NCBI GenBank assembly: GCA_049608925.1
Contig: JBMYXZ010000001.1
Location: 1-47,037, forward strand
From: Alphaproteobacteria bacterium
Lineage (GTDB): Bacteria > Pseudomonadota > Alphaproteobacteria > JAGOMX01
Direction of reading: 5' to 3'
Length of the DNA: 47,037 nucleotides
Shown here in pieces: positions 17,216-26,299 of the stretch. How positions within the stretch are numbered: position 1 is the stretch's first letter; each line of letters starts with the position of its first letter. Below the pieces are notes generated by a model. The model ran no database searches, was not told the DNA's origin, and was given only the letters and a program-made list of their open reading frames with translations. Made by a program: the position numbers and the translations under genes.

Positions 17216-18520
17216 ATGCACGCAGATTTTGATCTTACGCAAATAGCCCTGGTTGCCCTGGCAGCATTAGCTGGCGGTGTGCTACTAGAACGTTTTCGTC
17301 AACCTGCTGTTCTGGGATATATACTAGCAGGCGTCCTGTTAGGGCCTTCCCTATTAGCACTGGTTGAAAACCGTGAATCTGTTGCAGTCCTTGCTGAAAT
17401 GGGCGTTTTGCTGCTGCTGTTTATTATCGGTATGGAGCTTGAACTAAAAAGCTTTCGGCAAACCTGGCATATCTCCCTGGCCACAATAGCAATTCAGATA
17501 TCCGTTACCTTTGGTGCAATTTATCTATTGTCTTTTGTATTCAACTTCTCCATGGGCATGACTGTTCTGTTGGCTTTTTCAATAGCCTTAAGCAGTACAG
17601 CCGTCGCCATTAAAATGTTAGAAGGTATCGGCGAGCTGAAATCTGAATCTGGTCGCCTTACTGTGGGTGTATTGATTGCACAGGACCTGGCCATCGTGCC
17701 GATGATCCTGATTATCCGCGGAATGGGAGCAGACGCATTTGACATCACTATAGTTGTTAAAGTTTTGTTCTCACTTGCTTTCTTAGCTGCTGTCATTTTC
17801 ATGTTAGGACGCAAGGAAAGTCTGAAAATCCCCTATCTTGAGGAAATTGCCAAGCACAATGACATGCCATCGCTTGTCAGCTTGGGATTCTGCTTCGGGC
17901 TGGCAAGCTTGTCTGGTCTGGTGGGTCTCTCTGCGGCTTACGGCGCCTTCATCGCAGGTTTAATTCTGGGGAACACACAAAGTCATGATGCCTTGATGAA
18001 GGCAATCCATCCGATTCAATCAACATTGATGATGGTGTTTTTCCTGTCGATCGGGCTGTTGATGGATTTGCACTTCATCTGGGACAATATATGGAAAGTT
18101 CTGATGCTGATGCTGGTCATCACCCTTGGAAAATCGATGTTAAATATCGCAGCCCTGCGCATTCTTGGACAAGTTCGCCCAATAGCGTTTCTTTCAGGGC
18201 TAGTATTGTCTCAAATGGGAGAATTCGCTTTTCTGCTGACCACGGTGGCCAGCGAATCTGGCATTGTCACGGCCAACGGCGAGAAGCTGATTATTTCACT
18301 TGCTGCCCTATCCTTGGCCTTTAGCCCCTTATGGCTGTCTGGCGCCAGACGCTTAATCAAGATGCGACCATCTGAATCTGATACTTTTGACACGCTAATT
18401 GAAAGCGCCTTTGGCCGAGAAATAAAATCCATAACAGAAGTCTGCGGCAATGGTATTTCAGCCTGCAAACGCGGAATTGCCTCTCTAACGAAGTCATCAA
18501 AAGACACTCCAGATGCCTGA
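17216..18520 (+). CDS. Cation:proton antiporter (CPA2 / Kef-like family)
   Basis: 434 aa and polytopic. 'PAVLGYILAGVLLGPS' and 'LAEMGVLLLLFIIGMELE' are typical Na+/H+-exchanger family motifs. Confidence 0.85.
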   Translation: MHADFDLTQIALVALAALAGGVLLERFRQPAVLGYILAGVLLGPSLLALVENRESVAVLAEMGVLLLLFIIGMELELKSFRQTWHISLATIAIQISVTFGAIYLLSFVFNFSMGMTVLLAFSIALSSTAVAIKMLEGIGELKSESGRLTVGVLIAQDLAIVPMILIIRGMGADAFDITIVVKVLFSLAFLAAVIFMLGRKESLKIPYLEEIAKHNDMPSLVSLGFCFGLASLSGLVGLSAAYGAFIAGLILGNTQSHDALMKAIHPIQSTLMMVFFLSIGLLMDLHFIWDNIWKVLMLMLVITLGKSMLNIAALRILGQVRPIAFLSGLVLSQMGEFAFLLTTVASESGIVTANGEKLIISLAALSLAFSPLWLSGARRLIKMRPSESDTFDTLIESAFGREIKSITEVCGNGISACKRGIASLTKSSKDTPDA

Positions 18521-19124
18521 TTACGCTCTTGAAGACAATATCGGCGGAATTATTGCAGGTGTTGACGAAGTTGGTCGCGGTCCCTGGGCTGGCCCCGTTG
18601 TGGCGGCAGCTGCTATCATAGACAGATCAAAGTTGCCTTCTGAGATTGAAGTCCTAATCAATGATTCCAAACAGCTTACCGCGCAAAAGCGCGCTGCTAT
18701 TTGCCCCCAGTTGATGGAATGTTGTCACTATCACATTGCCCAAGCGTCGGTTGCAGAAATTGATCAAATCAACATTCGTGAAGCAACTTTTCTGGCCATG
18801 CGCCGGGCAATCGAAGGTCTTAATATTACCCCCGAGGCATGTTTGATTGACGGCAATAGCTTGCCAGAGCTCCCTATGCCAGCGTATGCGGTTGTAAAAG
18901 GCGACAGCACTTCACTGTCTATTGCAGTGGCATCCATCATCGCCAAAGAATATCGAGACACGTTAATGCGTGACTTGGCCACTGAATATCCTGGCTATGG
19001 CTGGGAAACGAATGCTGGTTATGGCACAAAAACCCACCAACAAGGGCTAGCTGATCATGGCGTTACGCCCCACCACCGCAGAAGTTTTGCCCCTATAAGA
19101 GCGCGCCTTCAAGCAGCAAGCTGA
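18513..19124 (+). CDS. rnhB: Ribonuclease HII
   Basis: Contains 'IAGVDEVGRGPWAGPVVAAA', 'DSKQL' and 'ASIIAKEYRD'. Confidence 0.94.
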   Translation: MPDYALEDNIGGIIAGVDEVGRGPWAGPVVAAAAIIDRSKLPSEIEVLINDSKQLTAQKRAAICPQLMECCHYHIAQASVAEIDQINIREATFLAMRRAIEGLNITPEACLIDGNSLPELPMPAYAVVKGDSTSLSIAVASIIAKEYRDTLMRDLATEYPGYGWETNAGYGTKTHQQGLADHGVTPHHRRSFAPIRARLQAAS

Positions 19125-20122
19125 GCAACTTTTTTCATCAAGGTTGGCAAGGCATGATCCTGAAAATCATCGGGTAAACTGCACAAATCAGTGTGCACCT
19201 TATTTACCTTGGCATGCGCAACGGTTAGCCGAAGATGAAAATGGGTAAAAGTATGGCGGACTTGTTCCTTTTTCACCTCATAATTAGCCTCCACAGGGGC
19301 ATGCTGTAGAGCCGTATCTATATCCCACTTTTCTTCTTGCCATGGGGTTGAGGGAAATTCTGTCATCCCCCCGAGCAAACCTTTAGGGGGCCGTTTGCGC
19401 ATAAATATGGCCCCATTTGCATCTTCTATCCAGAAGACTACGCCATAACGTGTAGGCTTTTCTATCTTCTTAGGCAGGACTGGATAAGCATCCATTGCAT
19501 TAGACTGGAATGCGCGACAATCTTCTTTTAAGGGGCATTGAGGGCAAGAAGGGTCTCGAGGGGTGCATATTGTTGCCCCTAAATCCATCAACGCCTGCAC
19601 GGTATCCCCTGGACGAAAAGATGGCTCTAGCGACATTGCAAGGGCTCTAAGACCTTTAAGGTCACTGTCGTCCATGAAACATCGTGCCAAAATACGACCA
19701 ACGTTTGTATCAACTGGAATCACCGGAACCTCGAAGGCGATGGCTGCAATTGCAGCTGCCGTGTAGGGGCCAATTCCAGGAAGCTTTTCGAGCTCTGCTG
19801 TCGTTTTTGGGAACCCCTGCTTGGATACAATTTCAGCACATTTATGCAGATTGCGCGCACGGGCGTAATACCCCAAGCCCTGCCACATATGCAGAACCTC
19901 ATCCAAGTCAGCCGCTGCAAAATCATGCACGGTTGGCCATTTCTCTAGAAATCTGTGAAAGTATGGCTGTACAGTCGTTGTGGTTGTCTGCTGCAGCATA
20001 ATCTCGCTTAGCCAGATATGATAAGGGTCAGGGTTGAGTGTCCGCCAAGGAAAATCGCGCCCTATACTATCATACCAATTAAGCAGCGAACTATAATTAA
20101 ACGGGACGTGCATTACTGCCAA
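19109..20122 (-). CDS. mutY: A/G-specific adenine DNA glycosylase
   Basis: Contains 'RDFPWR', 'WLSEIMLQQTTTTTV', 'GLGYYARARNL' and the 4Fe-4S Cys cluster 'CTPRDPSCPQCPLKEDC'. Confidence 0.94.
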   Translation of the reverse strand: MAVMHVPFNYSSLLNWYDSIGRDFPWRTLNPDPYHIWLSEIMLQQTTTTTVQPYFHRFLEKWPTVHDFAAADLDEVLHMWQGLGYYARARNLHKCAEIVSKQGFPKTTAELEKLPGIGPYTAAAIAAIAFEVPVIPVDTNVGRILARCFMDDSDLKGLRALAMSLEPSFRPGDTVQALMDLGATICTPRDPSCPQCPLKEDCRAFQSNAMDAYPVLPKKIEKPTRYGVVFWIEDANGAIFMRKRPPKGLLGGMTEFPSTPWQEEKWDIDTALQHAPVEANYEVKKEQVRHTFTHFHLRLTVAHAKVNKVHTDLCSLPDDFQDHALPTLMKKVAQLAA

Positions 20123-21390
20123 ATAATACCGCCAGGACGGTCACAATGCGTGCAGAATAGGCTCCATTCGCGCTGATGCTCGTGACAATGTTTGCACTTC
20201 CAATCAGGGGCTCTTGGTGCCTTCAATGCCATCTCCAGCCATTTTCTACATGCTGCTTCGTCACGTTTTTCTTGCAGTTCTAGCTTGGCTTTAATCTCGT
20301 ACCCTGAAGCTGTCATCATATCTTTTTCTTCCAGCTGGTTCAGCTGAGCACGAACCCTGCCCCACATTTGCGCCTCAAGTGCAAAACGTGCGATATCCAA
20401 AATACTTTGAAGGTGCTTAGGGTTATGCTTAGCTAGATCTTCCATTACGGTGACCTTATCGGTCGGATCAGTGCTAGAATCCAGGCTGACATACATATCG
20501 GCCAGACTTGGATGCGGCGCCAGCTTCCAGTTTTCTTCAATAATCTTTTTGGCTTTTTTGACTTTTCCTTGGATCTTAAACAAACGCGCCAGCTCAATCG
20601 TTCCGGGAATGAAATCTGGCGCCAAATGATGTGCTTGTTGCAACAATGTGATGCGATCATGGATATCTGGCGAGCAATGCGGATCGGCAGACTCTTCTTC
20701 CAAGACGCACGCCTGCAAATACATGATTTTATGAGGCGGCAGGATATTCATATGCGCAAGATGCTGAAGAATCTTCACAGCTTCATCATATTTCTTCAGA
20801 CGCACACAGACCTCTGCCAATCTCTCCAATATAAACGGAGATTCAGGATACAGGCTGGTTCCATGTTGCAGGTGTTTGTAGGCTATAACCCAATCTTGAT
20901 TAGCCAAAGCTGCTTGGATCGAACCATACACAGCAAGCCCCTCGCCACCTTGGATGCGTTCGAGACCATTAAAATGCTGCTGAGCCTCGATAATATTGCC
21001 TTTTGAGAGCTCCGTCTTGCCCAAAAAGTATAAGTGCAGCGGACTGCTGGTGAAGTAGCGCTCAATGGATTTGGCATATGTCCCAGCCTTTGTCATCATC
21101 CCTAGCAGATAATGTGTGTAGGTCTGGATGATAGCTTCATGACCTTTTTCAGGATATTTCTGCATGCGGCGTTGCTGCATACGTGTGGGTAAAGTAAAGA
21201 TAAACCGCAGAACCCCTCCGACAAAATTTATCAATAATATGCCGATTGTAAGGCCAGCAAAGGCCGTTGCGAGGCTAACTTCATACTGGGCATCAAACCA
21301 GTCGACCGTTACGCTTCCGGGTGTATAGATCAGCCAAACAACGATCAGAGCTGTTAAGACTGTTATTGTAACCAATGTCCAAAGACGCAT
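20113..21390 (-). CDS. hemY: HemY-like TPR membrane protein (alphaproteobacterial 'heme biosynthesis protein HemY')
   Basis: N-terminal TM pair, TPR-like helical body and a C-terminal zinc ribbon 'WKCKHCHEHQREWSLFCTHCDRPGGIIW'. Position downstream of hemC-hemD. Confidence 0.8.
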   Translation of the reverse strand: MRLWTLVTITVLTALIVVWLIYTPGSVTVDWFDAQYEVSLATAFAGLTIGILLINFVGGVLRFIFTLPTRMQQRRMQKYPEKGHEAIIQTYTHYLLGMMTKAGTYAKSIERYFTSSPLHLYFLGKTELSKGNIIEAQQHFNGLERIQGGEGLAVYGSIQAALANQDWVIAYKHLQHGTSLYPESPFILERLAEVCVRLKKYDEAVKILQHLAHMNILPPHKIMYLQACVLEEESADPHCSPDIHDRITLLQQAHHLAPDFIPGTIELARLFKIQGKVKKAKKIIEENWKLAPHPSLADMYVSLDSSTDPTDKVTVMEDLAKHNPKHLQSILDIARFALEAQMWGRVRAQLNQLEEKDMMTASGYEIKAKLELQEKRDEAACRKWLEMALKAPRAPDWKCKHCHEHQREWSLFCTHCDRPGGIIWQ

Positions 21391-22400
21391 TAGTTGTGCT
21401 CTCCCATATTATCTGCTGCCAGGATTTGTGCCAAAGCATGCTGTTCAAGTTTAGGGATAAAAGTCTCAACAATCAAACGTGTATTTATTTGACTTTCCAG
21501 CCCAGAGAAAGCATTGCGCAAGCTTTCATCCAAGCCGCGGATATATGCCAGGGCCCTTGGGTAGTCTCGACGCTTTAATGCCAAGCTTAATGGCTGCTTA
21601 ATGGCATCGCGGCTGCGGGTTCCTTTCTTCTTTACCAATTTTTTGGCACTCTTAAGCACCTCACCCCACAAACCGTCTTCATCTTGGCTGTGTGCCGCCC
21701 GATCTGCTTGGGTTGGCAAAGACAGGTTTTTAAGCTTAAACAGCAACTCCTTGTTACTGGGCACGCCCTGCACCGCAACCTGTTCAACCAACGCAAGGTT
21801 TGGCAGCTGATCCTGTTTATTACGGTCGACAAAGTTTAACACGATGCCAAGCTGCAAAGAAAAGGGCAGAGCTGTTCTAGCTGCCGCTTTCAAATCACCC
21901 AGCGCCCCAATCAACTCAGGAAATTTAGAGAGTGATTGCCGGAAGGACTGCTGCTGTTTCTGCAACATGTCTACACGCGCGCGCAGTTGCACGACAACAG
22001 CCGCATCATCATCAGACAGCTTTTCTGCACTGGCTTTGGAATTAACAAGCACCGTCAAATCAGCCTGTGTTTTCTTGACTGACTCTTGCAAATCATCAAG
22101 ACGCTTATCAATGGCCTCGATCGCTTTTGTCTCGGCAAATTTGCCAAGGCGATTATCCTCGAATTCTTGCCACTGCTTTTCAAATTTATCCACCCGCTCG
22201 CGCAGCTGGACGTGGCTTTGACCCAATTGATCCACGTTGGTAAACACTTCGCGTTGCTTACCGAACATCTTTTGAGCATAAGGGTAGACGAATACGATAC
22301 CAGCAATAACCGTAACAAGCCCGATAATCATCAATATCGAGTTGTTATGATTGCTATTTTTAGGTTGTGTAGTTGGCTTTGATGACTTTGATTCGGTCAT
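21390..22400 (-). CDS. Mic60/mitofilin-like membrane protein (alphaproteobacterial Mic60 candidate)
   Basis: 336 aa with one N-terminal TM (ILMIIGLVTVIAGIVFVY), a long coiled-coil-like middle and a conserved-looking C-terminal domain. It sits exactly between hemD and hemY, the position reported for alphaproteobacterial Mic60. Confidence 0.6.
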   Translation of the reverse strand: MTESKSSKPTTQPKNSNHNNSILMIIGLVTVIAGIVFVYPYAQKMFGKQREVFTNVDQLGQSHVQLRERVDKFEKQWQEFEDNRLGKFAETKAIEAIDKRLDDLQESVKKTQADLTVLVNSKASAEKLSDDDAAVVVQLRARVDMLQKQQQSFRQSLSKFPELIGALGDLKAAARTALPFSLQLGIVLNFVDRNKQDQLPNLALVEQVAVQGVPSNKELLFKLKNLSLPTQADRAAHSQDEDGLWGEVLKSAKKLVKKKGTRSRDAIKQPLSLALKRRDYPRALAYIRGLDESLRNAFSGLESQINTRLIVETFIPKLEQHALAQILAADNMGEHN

Positions 22401-23068
22401 GTAGTTTCCTCCAGCAACAAATTCAGCATCTCTTGTTGAGTTGGTTTTTCAGCTATTAATATCCGATTCCAGGGTAGATGGTCAATGGCTTCTGATGCTT
22501 TTTGGCTAATACACACTGCAACCATGTCTTTGCAGCACTGTTCAGCCCCGATTTTTTGCAACAGTTCGGCAAAAATTTGTCCTGTACGAGGTGAAAAGAA
22601 TGTCGATGACGTAAATTTTTGATCTTTCAGCATCTGTTGCAAATCTTGGGGCACATTTGGGATAGGAACGGCCTCGTAGGCAATGATTTCTCTCGCACAC
22701 TTCATATCTTGCGAGACATGTTCCCCGCGTATGTGCACGATATTTTTCTCACCCTTTAACAATGTGGACAAATCGTCACTGTTTCCCTGTGCAGATGTGA
22801 CTTTTTTAAAACCCAACTGCCGAGCACAGTCAGCTGTTGCATCGCCTACGGTAAAGGCCTCGTACGCTCTGTCTTCAGTCCAGCTGGCAAAAGCTCGGAC
22901 ACCATTGGCACTGGTAAAGGCAAGCTTCTCGCCGGTTTCTGGCAAGCGTTGCGGCCTGGGTTTGAATTCAACCGTCATCACCGGATGCACGGCGGCATTC
23001 AATCCATTGTTTTTAATCTCCCGCGCAAAGGCGTCTGCACCTGGTTGCAAGCGGGTGATTAAGATCAT
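22397..23068 (-). CDS. hemD: Uroporphyrinogen-III synthase
   Basis: 223 aa. Has 'MILITRLQPGADAFAREI', 'FTSANGVRAF' and 'FFSPRTGQIF'. Overlaps hemC by 4 nt. Confidence 0.85.
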   Translation of the reverse strand: MILITRLQPGADAFAREIKNNGLNAAVHPVMTVEFKPRPQRLPETGEKLAFTSANGVRAFASWTEDRAYEAFTVGDATADCARQLGFKKVTSAQGNSDDLSTLLKGEKNIVHIRGEHVSQDMKCAREIIAYEAVPIPNVPQDLQQMLKDQKFTSSTFFSPRTGQIFAELLQKIGAEQCCKDMVAVCISQKASEAIDHLPWNRILIAEKPTQQEMLNLLLEETT

Positions 23069-23976
23069 GCGAAAGCCCCCATAACAGGTTTAGCCTCGGC
23101 AGCCATCAGTGGGATTTGTTCTTCCAAGTATTGCAAGCTACCGGAACATGTATTCTGGTAAACCGATTTTCCATCCGAGGTGGAGGCAAATACTTGCAGG
23201 GTATAGTCAGAATCGTCCTGCTGAGCTAATGCTGCAATAGGTGTTCTGCACGAGCCATCCATATACCTTAAAAACAGCCGCTCAAGGCCAATCAGATCTT
23301 TCGTCATTTGATGATTTAATGGTGCCAGTACTTGGTGAATCCTAACGTCATCAGTGCGGCACTGAAGACCTATCGCCCCCTGCGCAGGAGCCGGCAACAT
23401 AACCTGTGGCTCTATTATGGATGTTGCCACATCCCTTTTTCCAAGCCTGTTAAGACCTGCAAGCGCCAATAAGGTACCGTCTGCATCACCACGGTTTAGC
23501 TTCTCAATCCGAGTGCCAACATTTCCCCGGAACGTGACGATTTTCAGATCCGGCCTGTGCGCAAGAACTTGCGCCCCACGGCGTAAGGACGCTGTTCCAA
23601 CAGTTGCACCCTCAGGCAAGTCTAGAAAGCTTTCAGCCTTATTGCTGACCCAAACGTCTCTGGGGTCTTCACGCTGAAGAACACAAGGGATTGCCAAGCC
23701 ATCCGGTAGTATTGTGGCGACATCCTTCATTGAATGGACGGCAATGTCGATTGTGTCCTCCAGAAGCCCCTGCTCGATCTCTTTAGTGAACAGCCCCTTG
23801 CCGCCAAATTCCGTTAATTTCTTATCCTGGATTTTATCGCCACTGGTGGTAAACCTTACGATTTCAATGGCATCATGACCTGCCTTCTCTAAAAGAGATT
23901 TGACATGATTCGCTTGCACCAGCGCCAGTGGGCTCGCCCGAGTCCCGATTCTGATAGTCTTGTTTTCTTTTATCAT
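23065..23976 (-). CDS. hemC: Hydroxymethylbilane synthase (porphobilinogen deaminase)
   Basis: Contains 'IRIGTRASPLALVQA', 'GGKGLFTKEIE', 'AVHSMKD', 'RGNVGTRIEKL' and 'GSCRTPIAA'. Confidence 0.95.
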   Translation of the reverse strand: MIKENKTIRIGTRASPLALVQANHVKSLLEKAGHDAIEIVRFTTSGDKIQDKKLTEFGGKGLFTKEIEQGLLEDTIDIAVHSMKDVATILPDGLAIPCVLQREDPRDVWVSNKAESFLDLPEGATVGTASLRRGAQVLAHRPDLKIVTFRGNVGTRIEKLNRGDADGTLLALAGLNRLGKRDVATSIIEPQVMLPAPAQGAIGLQCRTDDVRIHQVLAPLNHQMTKDLIGLERLFLRYMDGSCRTPIAALAQQDDSDYTLQVFASTSDGKSVYQNTCSGSLQYLEEQIPLMAAEAKPVMGAFA

Positions 23977-24119
23977 CCAAGCAGCATACCCAGGCTGAAC
24001 ATCATTGAAAAGAGTTAATATTTTCCTCTCATAAGACGGGGCATTAGCAGAAAATTAATAGAATCATGATAGTTTAATACTAGGTCAGTTTGTTTATTTT
24101 ATTTGTATGGAGTAGAAAA

Positions 24120-24530
24120 ATGGTTAAAAACTGGGTACTTGTCGCAGATCGCTCTCGCGCGAAAATTCTTGAAAAATGTGGAACATCTCTGAAGCCCATT
24201 GGTCCCCCAATCGCTTTAGAAGATATTACAGAATTTCCTGATATGGATGCTGCAAAACCTGGCAAAAATACCAAAGGGGTATTTGCCCCGCATACTGACT
24301 TGGAAGATGTCATGAAAACCGCCTTCTTGCGCGAGGTAGCCAAGCGCATGAATGATAAAGCGCATGATCTGGATTCTTTAGTAGTTTGCGCCCCTCCAGA
24401 AGCTCTTGGCGAGCTGCGCAAGCATTTCAGCAAGCATGTGCTTGATAAGCTTGAGCACGAAGTGCCAAAAGAACTTACCAAATCCCATGAAGATGACATC
24501 GCCAAATATGTGACAAAACCCTATCATTGA
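24120..24530 (+). CDS. Host-attachment (Hap) family protein
   Basis: 'WVLVADRSRAKILE' and 'LVVCAPPEALGELRKHF' match the Host_attach family pattern as I remember it. Start trimmed to the ATG at 24120, after a GGAG. Confidence 0.75.
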   Translation: MVKNWVLVADRSRAKILEKCGTSLKPIGPPIALEDITEFPDMDAAKPGKNTKGVFAPHTDLEDVMKTAFLREVAKRMNDKAHDLDSLVVCAPPEALGELRKHFSKHVLDKLEHEVPKELTKSHEDDIAKYVTKPYH

Positions 24531-24542
24531 TCAGAGATAGAT

Positions 24543-25526
24543 GTGTTTCGCGTTGCAACTTTCAACTTGGAAAATCTCGATGATATAGAGGGGGCCCAGC
24601 CATCCTTGCGACAAAGGTTAGATATTCTGCGGCCTCAAATGCTGCGTTTGCAAGCCGATGTGCTATGCCTGCAAGAAGTCAATTCGCAAGCGGCTGAAGA
24701 TGGCGGCAGAACTTTAACGGCGCTGGATGTTTTAATCTCGGACACGCCTTATCAAACATTCCACAAATCCTTCAGTCAGGGATTGTCTGGAACACACTTA
24801 GCAGACAAACATAATCTGGTGACATTATCTCGGGCGCCAGTATTAGACTACCTGCAAGTGCGGCATGATTATGTAAGCCCGCCCGAACATACCCTGGCCA
24901 GCGCTTTCCCGGGAGAACCTGAAGAAATAGTTTTCGATCGACCGTTCTTGTATACCAAAGTCCGTCTGCCATACGGGCATGTTTTGCACGTAATCAACGC
25001 CCACTTACGCGCCCCTATTGCAGCCTACATCCCTGGTCAAAAAATGCGAAAGAATGCTTGGCGAAGTGTTTCAGGGTGGTCAGAAGGGTATTTTCTGGCA
25101 TCTGTAAAGCGCGCGGCACAAGCTCTGGAGATCCGATTGTTCATCGAAACTTTGTTTGAAGAGGACCCGCAAGCCATGATAATCGTATGCGGAGACCTTA
25201 ATGCCGAAGCTCATGAAGACCCGATCAGAATTTTAATTGCTGCTGAAGAAGATGTCGAAAACCCCAGCCTGACACCCCGAAGTTTAGTGCCAATTGAGCA
25301 TGGAATACCCGAGGACCTGCGGTACTCGGTAATTCACCACGGCAGGCGTCAACTGTTAGACCGTGTCCTGATTTCCAGGCCTTTGCTAGCATACTATCGC
25401 GGCGCCGAGATTCACAACGAATCATTGGAGGATGAATTCTGCCCCCACCATGCAAGCGGAGATGGAACTATGGATTCCCACCACGCCCCTTTTATTGCTT
25501 CATTTGACTTCTCTGGGCTGCGGTAG
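24543..25526 (+). CDS. Endonuclease/exonuclease/phosphatase (EEP) family hydrolase
   Basis: GTG start 12 nt after the Hap stop. Contains 'FRVATFNLENL', 'DVLCLQEVN', 'VCGDLNA' and a C-terminal 'SHHAP'-type His. Confidence 0.82.
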   Translation: MFRVATFNLENLDDIEGAQPSLRQRLDILRPQMLRLQADVLCLQEVNSQAAEDGGRTLTALDVLISDTPYQTFHKSFSQGLSGTHLADKHNLVTLSRAPVLDYLQVRHDYVSPPEHTLASAFPGEPEEIVFDRPFLYTKVRLPYGHVLHVINAHLRAPIAAYIPGQKMRKNAWRSVSGWSEGYFLASVKRAAQALEIRLFIETLFEEDPQAMIIVCGDLNAEAHEDPIRILIAAEEDVENPSLTPRSLVPIEHGIPEDLRYSVIHHGRRQLLDRVLISRPLLAYYRGAEIHNESLEDEFCPHHASGDGTMDSHHAPFIASFDFSGLR

Positions 25527-26271
25527 TCGGAATAAGTTTCCCAGAACGCGGATCAATCTCAAAATTCATTAGCCATGTAAATGCGGCTGACCCTTCTGTT
25601 GAGTATACGTGCAGCAAGAAGAGAGTTTGCGGAACAGGGCTATCATCAAAGATAGCTGTTACAATTTCTCGCATAACTATTTCTGTCCCCTGAAAAGAAA
25701 TTTTGGCAATGCCCGTATCAATCCTGTCAAATCCGACTCGCCCATCTGCAACCAATTCTTTTAGCAATGTATTAGGGCTGACTTCAGGGAAAGAATCAGT
25801 AAGCCAGCCGCTGGGATCCGGAATCCAATTGATAGGGCTTTCCAGCAAAGCATCAAGAAAATATTGTTTTTTACGAGTATCTTTATATTTCAAGGGAATT
25901 GAATTTCTTACAGCCTCTACAACTTCACACGTACTTATAAACCTTTGCCACTTATCTTGCTCATATCCGTTGATACCAGCCCAATAATACCTATCCTTGA
26001 TCTTAAGATAGTCCCTGCACGAGGCCACTGTGGTTTTCACAATGTTTCCTGAGGCTAAATGTCGTTCAATGAAGGCTTCATCTACGTTAGCAGGATGGTA
26101 TGTGCTGGCTATATATTGAAGTTTTTTAGCAGATACAGGTCCTTTTATAACCTGCTCGTTAAAAGAAAGCGGTGTTTTTACAAAGTGGATAAATTCTGAA
26201 CAGCAGGGGTTGTTTATAACGACCAGTGCTAATACCAACAACAGAAAATGTCTCAGAATCTTGCAATCCAT
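25492..26271 (-). CDS. Secreted hypothetical protein
   Basis: Signal-like N-terminus MDCKILRHFLLLVLALVVINNPCCSE, preceded by AAGGTGGG. The track ORF extends 7 codons further, to 26292. The 3' end overlaps the EEP gene by 35 nt. No family recognised. Confidence 0.6.
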   Translation of the reverse strand: MDCKILRHFLLLVLALVVINNPCCSEFIHFVKTPLSFNEQVIKGPVSAKKLQYIASTYHPANVDEAFIERHLASGNIVKTTVASCRDYLKIKDRYYWAGINGYEQDKWQRFISTCEVVEAVRNSIPLKYKDTRKKQYFLDALLESPINWIPDPSGWLTDSFPEVSPNTLLKELVADGRVGFDRIDTGIAKISFQGTEIVMREIVTAIFDDSPVPQTLFLLHVYSTEGSAAFTWLMNFEIDPRSGKLIPTTAAQRSQMKQ

Positions 26272-26299
26272 CGTCCCACCTTTGAGATCCATCTGAAGC

